From positions 1,024,001-1,088,000 of the forward strand of contig CAXXMV010000002.1 in NCBI GenBank assembly GCA_963662285.2: DNA of 64,000 nt, read 5' to 3'. The stretch is from a bacterium. Lineage in GTDB: Bacteria; Hinthialibacterota; Hinthialibacteria; Hinthialibacterales; Hinthialibacteraceae. Below the pieces are notes generated by a model, which ran no database searches, was not told where the DNA came from, and was given only the letters and a program-made list of their open reading frames with translations. Shown here piece after piece: positions 57,890-64,000 of the stretch (position 1 is the stretch's first letter; each line of letters starts with the position of its first letter). A program made the position numbers and the translations under genes.

Positions 57890-58204
57890 ATGGCTGAATA
57901 TCCAAATAAAATTCGCATACGGTTAAAAGCGTATGATCATCGGTTACTGGATCAATCAACTGCGCAGATTGTCGATACAGCCAAGAGAACTGGTGCGAAA
58001 ATCATTGGGCCGATTCCCTTACCGACTCGGATATCGAAATATACAGTTTTGCGGTCTCCGCATGTAGATAAAAAGTCGCGAGAGCAGTTTGAAATTCGGG
58101 CGCACAAGAGGCTGGTTGATATTCTCGATTGGACCCCGAAAACTATGGACGCCCTTACGCAATTAGAATTACCAGCGGGCGTACACGTGGAAATCAAGCT
58201 CTAG
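57890..58204 (+). CDS. rpsJ: 30S ribosomal protein S10
   Basis: [24 protein letters not shown]. Confidence 0.99.
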   Translation: MAEYPNKIRIRLKAYDHRLLDQSTAQIVDTAKRTGAKIIGPIPLPTRISKYTVLRSPHVDKKSREQFEIRAHKRLVDILDWTPKTMDALTQLELPAGVHVEIKL

Positions 58205-58222
58205 GATCACGGGTAAAGGCAA

Positions 58223-58864
58223 ATGATTAAGGCAATCTTAGGACGAAAACTGCGTATGACGCAGATGTTTAGAGAGGATGGTCGACGAGTTCCCCTAACT
58301 GCTGTAGCAGTAGGACCTTGTCCGATAGTCCAGATAAAGACTGAGGATAAAGACGGTTACAAAGCCCTGCAAGTCGGCTTTGATTCTATCAAAGAGAAAT
58401 CGTCTAATAAGCCCATGATTGGTCATTTCAAAAAGGGCAAAACTACTCCTCACAGGATGTTGCGCGAAATTCGCGTCGATTCCACTGATGAATACAGCAT
58501 CGGTGATTTCCTTGAAATATCCGCTTTTGAAGAAGGTGATATCATTGATGTCATTGGCACCGCCAAAGGCTGTGGATTCCAGGGCGGCGTTAAACGTTAT
58601 CACTGGAAGGGCGGTCGTAAAACTCATGGTTCTATGTTCCATAGAAGAATTGGAGCGGTTAGTTCTGGAACCAATCAGGGTCGAGTTTTCAAAGGCAAGA
58701 CTCTTCCTGGTCACATGGGCAATAATCGGGTAACTTTGCAGAATATAAAAATCGAGAAAATAGATAACGAAAATAAAATTATCTATATTCAAGGCGGCAT
58801 ACCCGGACCGAACGGCGGTGTGGTTTTCCTTAAAGGAACCACAAAAACATTTAAAAAGAAATAA
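58223..58864 (+). CDS. rplC: 50S ribosomal protein L3
   Basis: GRKLRMTQ, KGCGFQG, PGHMG; operon order. Confidence 0.98.
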   Translation: MIKAILGRKLRMTQMFREDGRRVPLTAVAVGPCPIVQIKTEDKDGYKALQVGFDSIKEKSSNKPMIGHFKKGKTTPHRMLREIRVDSTDEYSIGDFLEISAFEEGDIIDVIGTAKGCGFQGGVKRYHWKGGRKTHGSMFHRRIGAVSSGTNQGRVFKGKTLPGHMGNNRVTLQNIKIEKIDNENKIIYIQGGIPGPNGGVVFLKGTTKTFKKK

Positions 58865-58878
58865 ACGGCAGAACTATC

Positions 58879-59529
58879 ATGGTTTCATTTGATATCTATG
58901 ACTTTGAAAAACAAGTGACCGGTAACATCGAGTTGAGTGATTCGGTATTCTCTACGTCAATCAACGAGATTTTTCTGCACCAGGTGATGGTCAGTTACCA
59001 GGCAAACAAACGCCAAGGTACCTCCAGCGCTAAAAACAGAAATCAAGTATCTGGTACAAGAACAAAACCTTTTCGTCAGAAGGGTACAGGCCGGGCGCGG
59101 CAAGGCTTTATTCGTGCTCCACAATATCGTGGAGGCGCGGCGCAATTTGGACCTGTTCCACGGTCTTTCCGCAAAGATATTCCGAAAAAGATGAAGCAGG
59201 AAGCTTTTCGCCAATGCCTGTCGATGAAGGCTGACAAAGGTCAATTCTTTATTCTTGAAAATTTGGAATTCAGCGAAGTTAAGACTAAAGTGGCAGCGGG
59301 TATCCTGAAAACCTTTGCCATGAACGGTAAAACTCTTTTTCTTGATGTTAAACCCGGGGACAATGTTCTTTTGTCAATGCGAAACATAGACAAAGCCAGC
59401 ATTCTTTCCATTAATTCTTGCTCGCCTTTGGATATTTTTGAGTCTGATACTATTTTCTTGACTCAGGGCGCCGCTGAAGCATTAGATAAGAGATATTTGA
59501 AGCCAGGAGGCGCGGGTCATGAAAAGTAA
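58879..59529 (+). CDS. rplD: 50S ribosomal protein L4
   Basis: RQGT, KPFRQKGTGRARQG. Confidence 0.98.
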   Translation: MVSFDIYDFEKQVTGNIELSDSVFSTSINEIFLHQVMVSYQANKRQGTSSAKNRNQVSGTRTKPFRQKGTGRARQGFIRAPQYRGGAAQFGPVPRSFRKDIPKKMKQEAFRQCLSMKADKGQFFILENLEFSEVKTKVAAGILKTFAMNGKTLFLDVKPGDNVLLSMRNIDKASILSINSCSPLDIFESDTIFLTQGAAEALDKRYLKPGGAGHEK

Positions 59530-59806
59530 TTATGATATCATCCGTGAAGCGATCTTCACTGAACGCACAACGGCCCTTGCCGAAGGAAACGGCGTTTATA
59601 CTTTCCGTGTTCCTCGAGAGGCTAATAAAATAGAGATCAAAAGGGCTGTTGAAGCAGCATTTAGCGTTGAAGTCGAGAATGTAAGAACCATAAATGTTAA
59701 ACCCAAGAAAAAACTCGACCGATACCGTGGAATAGTCGGAAGATCCCGGCACTATAAGAAAGCCATGGTAAAGCTGGTAAAAGGTCATTCAATCGAGTTT
59801 GTTTAA
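59519..59806 (+). CDS. rplW: 50S ribosomal protein L23
   Basis: ANKIEIKRAVE, KKAMVKL. Confidence 0.97.
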   Translation: MKSNYDIIREAIFTERTTALAEGNGVYTFRVPREANKIEIKRAVEAAFSVEVENVRTINVKPKKKLDRYRGIVGRSRHYKKAMVKLVKGHSIEFV

Positions 59807-59833
59807 GACCGTGGACTGATGGAGTAGAGAATC

Positions 59834-60667
59834 GTGGCAATTAAAAAATACAATCCAACAACGCCGACTCGGCGATTCCAGACGGTCTCGGCGTTTGATG
59901 AGATCACCAAGTCAAAACCAGAAAAAAGTCTGCTAGAGCCGATAAAGAAAAATGCTGGTCGTAATGCTAACGGTCGAATCACCGTTCGGCATCGCGGTGG
60001 TGGTCATAAAAGGCGTTATCGTATAATTGATTTCAAACGCACCAAGGACGGGATTCCAGCTAGAGTTTCTGCAATTGAGTATGATCCTAACCGATCCGCT
60101 CGAATTGCTCTCCTGGTTTATGCCGACGGGGAAAAACGATATATCATCGCTCCAAATGGACTTAAGGTAGACTCGGAAGTTATGTCCGGCAAAGACGCGG
60201 CGCATAAAGTGGGTAACTGCCTTCCTCTTAGTGAAATTTTAGACGGTACTTTCATACACGCCGTTGAATTAAAAATAGGCAAAGGCGCGCAAATCGCCCG
60301 CTCGGCAGGTACAGTTGTGCAGGTAATGGGTCGGGAAGGCGATTACGCCCGAGTCAGAATGCCTTCAACAGAAATTCGTAAAATTAACTTGAAATGCCGA
60401 GCCACTATCGGGCAAACCTCCAATACCGATCATGAAAATATCGTAATTGGAAAAGCGGGACGTCAACGTCACATTGGTCGTAGACCTCATGTTCGTGGAA
60501 CTGCCATGAACCCCGTCGATCACCCGTTGGGCGGCGGTGAAGGTAAAGCGGCTGGCGGTCGTCATCCGTGCACCCCCTGGGGCGTAATAACCAAAGGTTA
60601 TAAAACGCGCCGCAATAAACGCACCAGCAGCATGATTGTGGAACGACGTCGTAACAAAAGGCGTTAA
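59834..60667 (+). CDS. rplB: 50S ribosomal protein L2
   Basis: [25 protein letters not shown]. Confidence 0.99.
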   Translation: MAIKKYNPTTPTRRFQTVSAFDEITKSKPEKSLLEPIKKNAGRNANGRITVRHRGGGHKRRYRIIDFKRTKDGIPARVSAIEYDPNRSARIALLVYADGEKRYIIAPNGLKVDSEVMSGKDAAHKVGNCLPLSEILDGTFIHAVELKIGKGAQIARSAGTVVQVMGREGDYARVRMPSTEIRKINLKCRATIGQTSNTDHENIVIGKAGRQRHIGRRPHVRGTAMNPVDHPLGGGEGKAAGGRHPCTPWGVITKGYKTRRNKRTSSMIVERRRNKRR

Positions 60668-60709
60668 TATTTAAAGGGCATTTAGATTCAAAAAAGAAGG
60701 TAACAGATT

Positions 60710-60994
60710 ATGGGACGATCGCTGAAAAAAGGACCTTACCTGGATGATAGGTTAGTAAAGCGCATCCTGCTAATGAACGAAAAGAATGAAAAAAGGGTCA
60801 TCCGAACCTGGTCAAGGTCATGTACTATTATACCTGAAATGGTTGGTCACACTGTTGCCGTTCACAACGGAAGAAAGTTTGTTCCTGTTTTCATGACCGA
60901 GAATATGGTTGGTCATAAAATGGGTGAATTTTCACCGACCCGAACTTTCAAGACACACGGTGGAAAGACTGCGCGCGTCATGCGCCTGAAATAG
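60710..60994 (+). CDS. rpsS: 30S ribosomal protein S19
   Basis: [16 protein letters not shown]. Confidence 0.99.
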   Translation: MGRSLKKGPYLDDRLVKRILLMNEKNEKRVIRTWSRSCTIIPEMVGHTVAVHNGRKFVPVFMTENMVGHKMGEFSPTRTFKTHGGKTARVMRLK

Positions 60995-61006
60995 GAGATA
61001 TATATC

Positions 61007-61351
61007 ATGGCGATGCATGCAACTTTGAAATCCTGCCATATGTCTGCGCGAAAGATTCGACTGGTGGCTGACGCCATTAGAGGCAAATCTTATGAAGATG
61101 CGATCAATACGTTAATGTTTACTCCAAAACGTAAGGCGGCTGAACTTCTTCTTAAATTGTTAAAATCAGCCGCAGCCAATGTGGAAGAAACAACTGAATT
61201 CGATCCCGATGAACTTATCGTAAGACGAGTCTTTGTTAATGGAGCTAAAATGATGAAAAGATTTAGACCAGCTCCCATGGGACGGGCGACGCGTATTCGA
61301 AAACGTTCAAGTCACATTACCGTTGAATTAGGATTACCGGTTAAGCGGTAA
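61007..61351 (+). CDS. rplV: 50S ribosomal protein L22
   Basis: SARKIRLVAD, IRKRSSHITV. Confidence 0.98.
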   Translation: MAMHATLKSCHMSARKIRLVADAIRGKSYEDAINTLMFTPKRKAAELLLKLLKSAAANVEETTEFDPDELIVRRVFVNGAKMMKRFRPAPMGRATRIRKRSSHITVELGLPVKR

Positions 61352-61380
61352 GAAAACTCTGATTAAAAAAGGAATAGATC

Positions 61381-62043
61381 GTGGGACAAAAAGTACATCC
61401 ATACGGATTCCGAGTTGGCATCTATAAAAATTGGAAATCCCGTTGGTATGCGGAAAAAGGCTATGCCAATCTTTTAAATGAAGACCTCCGCATACGCAAA
61501 GCGATAAAAAAACGGTTGTTTCACGCCGGTATAAGTGAAGTCGAAATCGAACGCTTCACCCAACGCTTGAGAATCAACATAATGGCTGCGCGTCCTGGCA
61601 TCATAATCGGACGCAAAGGCATTGAAGTTGAGCGTCTCAAAAAGCTTGTCAGCGCTTTGACGGATCTTCAGATTCATATAAATATACGCGAGATCAAACA
61701 ACCCGAGTTGGACGCTCAACTCCAGGCTGAAAGCGTAGCTCTTCAACTGCAACGGCGGGTTTCTTTCCGTCGCGCCATGAAAAGAGCTCAGCAGGCATCC
61801 ATGCAAGCTGGCGCCTTAGGCATCAAAATAATGGTCTCCGGACGTTTGGGCGGGGCGGAAATGTCTCGTACTGAATGGTACCGCGAAGGTCGCGTTCCTC
61901 TTCACACTTTAAGAGCCGATATCGACTATGGCTTCACTGAAGCTAAAACTACTTATGGACAGATTGGTGTAAAAGTCTGGATCTTTAAGGGTGAACTTAC
62001 TTCAATGTTCAGCGCTGAAGAGAAGCAGGAGGTTAAATCCTGA
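61381..62043 (+). CDS. rpsC: 30S ribosomal protein S3
   Basis: [24 protein letters not shown]. Confidence 0.99.
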   Translation: MGQKVHPYGFRVGIYKNWKSRWYAEKGYANLLNEDLRIRKAIKKRLFHAGISEVEIERFTQRLRINIMAARPGIIIGRKGIEVERLKKLVSALTDLQIHINIREIKQPELDAQLQAESVALQLQRRVSFRRAMKRAQQASMQAGALGIKIMVSGRLGGAEMSRTEWYREGRVPLHTLRADIDYGFTEAKTTYGQIGVKVWIFKGELTSMFSAEEKQEVKS

Positions 62044-62459
62044 TGTTGATGCCATCTCGCGAAAAACATCGTAAAGTACATCGCGGAAATAGACGTGGAA
62101 TTGCTTGTCGTGGAGTAAATGTCAGTTTCGGTGATTATGGATTAAAGGCCATGACTGGTGGTTGGGTTACAGCCCGGCAAATTGAAGCCGCTCGTATCGC
62201 CATTAATCGTCATATAAAACGTCGCGGCAAAGTATGGATTAGAATTTTTCCGCACAAACCTGTAACTGCGAAACCTGCCGAAACCCGTATGGGTGGTGGA
62301 AAAGGATCGCCCGAAAAACATGTCGCAGTCGTCAAACCTGGACATATTCTTTTCGAACTAGGTGGAGTCCAAGAAGATATTGCTCGCGAAGCCTTTCGAC
62401 TGGCGGGGCATAAATTGCCTTTGTCTGTTAGATTTACCTCTCGCGAGGAGACATTATAA
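62043..62459 (+). CDS. rplP: 50S ribosomal protein L16
   Basis: RQIEAAR, WIRIFP, RMGGGKG. Confidence 0.99.
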   Translation: MLMPSREKHRKVHRGNRRGIACRGVNVSFGDYGLKAMTGGWVTARQIEAARIAINRHIKRRGKVWIRIFPHKPVTAKPAETRMGGGKGSPEKHVAVVKPGHILFELGGVQEDIAREAFRLAGHKLPLSVRFTSREETL

Positions 62460-62469
62460 GGAGAGGACT

Positions 62470-62676
62470 ATGAAAGCGGACGAATTTCGATCGCTGTCTG
62501 TCCCGGATTTGAAGGTGCGTATCGAGGAAATGAAGAAGAAACTCTTCAATTATCGTATGCAACTACATTCCAACCAGCTGAACAATACAAATAAAATTCG
62601 CGAAACCAGAAATGATATCGCACGCGCAATGACGGTGCGACATGAATTAGAATCTCAGACTGAGGAACAGTCATGA
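62470..62676 (+). CDS. rpmC: 50S ribosomal protein L29
   Basis: MKADEFR, LFNYR, RNDIAR; AGGA RBS before ATG 62470. Confidence 0.95.
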   Translation: MKADEFRSLSVPDLKVRIEEMKKKLFNYRMQLHSNQLNNTNKIRETRNDIARAMTVRHELESQTEEQS

Positions 62677-62942
62677 CTGAAAAAACAAAGTCATTACGCA
62701 AAACCCGTGAAGGGGTAGTGGTCAGTACAGCCATGGAAAAAACCGTAGTAGTAAAGATTGAACGGTTATTTCGACATACCCAATACGGGAAGGTCATTCG
62801 CCGCAATAAAAAGGTGAAAGTCCACGACGAAAAGGGACAATGTATAGTCGGTGATGTCATTCGCATCGAGGAAACTCGTCCTATCAGCAAAGGCAAACAC
62901 TGGCGTTATGTCGAAACGATACGTAAAGCCGTGGTAGTTTAA
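62673..62942 (+). CDS. rpsQ: 30S ribosomal protein S17
   Basis: GVVVS..MEKT, HDE, ETRPISK. Confidence 0.98.
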   Translation: MTEKTKSLRKTREGVVVSTAMEKTVVVKIERLFRHTQYGKVIRRNKKVKVHDEKGQCIVGDVIRIEETRPISKGKHWRYVETIRKAVVV

Positions 62943-62957
62943 GGTAGGAGGTATATC

Positions 62958-63326
62958 GTGATACAGGAATCTACTCGATTAACTGTTGCGGATAACTCAG
63001 GAGCTCGTAAAATTACTTGCTTCAAAGTGCTTGGCGGATCTCGCAGACGTTATGCTAGGGTTGGCGACATCGTCGTTGCTAGCGTTAAAGAAGCTATTCC
63101 GGAATCCAATGTCAAAAAGGGTTCCGTTATTAAAGCAGTTATCGTAAGAACTAAAAAAGAAGTTCAGCGCAAAGATGGATCAACCATACGCTTTGATAAT
63201 AATGCTGCTGTCATTATCAATGATGCAGGCGACCCGGTCGGAACACGTATTTTTGGACCTGTTGCCCGTGAACTGCGCGATAAAAAATTCATGAAAATTG
63301 TTTCCTTGGCCCCGGAGGTTCTCTAA
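62958..63326 (+). CDS. rplN: 50S ribosomal protein L14
   Basis: [26 protein letters not shown]. Confidence 0.99.
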   Translation: MIQESTRLTVADNSGARKITCFKVLGGSRRRYARVGDIVVASVKEAIPESNVKKGSVIKAVIVRTKKEVQRKDGSTIRFDNNAAVIINDAGDPVGTRIFGPVARELRDKKFMKIVSLAPEVL

Positions 63327-63556
63327 TGTTAAAGATACGCCTCAAAAAAGGGGATTTAGTTGAAATAATCATGGGTGCAGACAAAGGCAAAACCGGTAAA
63401 GTTCTGCGAGTGGATAGAAAACACGGCAAAGTTGTCGTTCAAGGCGCTAAGATGCAGAAAAAGCACCAAAAAAGCAACCCTCAGGCCAATCAACCTGGTG
63501 GCGTTATTGAACGAGAAGGACCAATTCATCCCTCCAATCTTCGGTTGGTTAAATAG
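63326..63556 (+). CDS. rplX: 50S ribosomal protein L24 (short form)
   Basis: KKGDLVEIIMGADKGK KOW motif, EGPIHPSN. Confidence 0.95.
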   Translation: MLKIRLKKGDLVEIIMGADKGKTGKVLRVDRKHGKVVVQGAKMQKKHQKSNPQANQPGGVIEREGPIHPSNLRLVK

Positions 63557-63568
63557 TGAGAGTTGATC

Positions 63569-64000
63569 ATGGCTGAGAAATCAGAAAAACAAACCAAGAA
63601 AAATAAAAAGGCTCCAGCCGAAAATCTTATATCTAAAGATTATAGATCAAGACTTGTTGCCGACTACAGAGAACGTATTGTTCCTGACCTCATGAAAGAG
63701 TTCAGCTACAAAAACGTTATGCAAGTTCCAAAACTTGTAAAGATAGTTATTAATATGGGTATTGGCGAAGCTAACCGCGACGCCAAGATTCTTGAATCCT
63801 TAGTCGGTAATATGGACACCATTGCTGGTCAAAAATCAGTAGTGACTAAAGCCAAGAAATCCATCGCTAACTTCAAAGTCCGTGAGGGAATGCCGGTTGG
63901 TTGCATGGTTACCCTGCGAAATCAACGCATGTACGATTTTATTGATAGATTTATCAATATCTGCGTTCCTCGCATGCGTGACTTCCGTGGATTATCACCT
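63569..64000 (+). CDS. rplE: 50S ribosomal protein L5, runs off the window end
   Basis: Translated by hand: [39 protein letters not shown]. Confidence 0.95.
   Translation, partial: MAEKSEKQTKKNKKAPAENLISKDYRSRLVADYRERIVPDLMKEFSYKNVMQVPKLVKIVINMGIGEANRDAKILESLVGNMDTIAGQKSVVTKAKKSIANFKVREGMPVGCMVTLRNQRMYDFIDRFINICVPRMRDFRGLSP

Noticed and set aside
1-64000. CRISPR array, tRNA or rRNA genes
   Set aside because: No regularly spaced direct repeats with unique spacers, and no cloverleaf or rRNA-like segments recognised by eye; intergenic gaps are short. A tRNAscan/Infernal run would be needed to exclude small RNAs.

Overview
A bacterial chromosomal segment in two parts. Positions 1-43.6 kb are an accessory/metabolic region. 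It holds a beta-helix protein, an SDR-DUF2867, an aldolase, three B12-radical SAM genes, two sulfatase-fold genes, a CE7 esterase, two tandem prepilin-like genes, a 1290-aa secreted repeat protein, a maltodextrin operon (malQ-MFS-GH13), a lamin-tail/CotH protein, an rnhB-yraN fusion, two toxin-antitoxin-like islets, an IS element with a -1 frameshift and several REP-like palindromes. Positions 44.3-64 kb are core genes: rpoB, rpoC, the str operon, the S10 operon and the start of spc. The pilin N-termini (NFLNAQIRAK), PTPTP linkers and a C-terminal VxDWxLY motif suggest a Hinthialibacterota (OLB16)/Sumerlaeota-like organism; this is an inference and was not tested. The most notable observations are: (1) a low-GC module of a large putative antitoxin plus a PIN nuclease interrupted by one in-frame TAA; (2) a higBA-like cassette bracketed by a synonymously diverged duplicate of the rnhB-yraN 3' end; (3) a tandem canonical plus degenerate B12-radical SAM pair beside a ferredoxin; (4) a membrane protein with a histone-H1-like tail; (5) unusual core machinery: S12 DLSSV for DLPGV, EF-G lacking the domain IV YHDVDS motif, and a trigger-loop insertion of about 450 aa in RpoC. 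No tRNA, rRNA or CRISPR array was recognised. All calls come from reading motifs by eye; no database searches were run.
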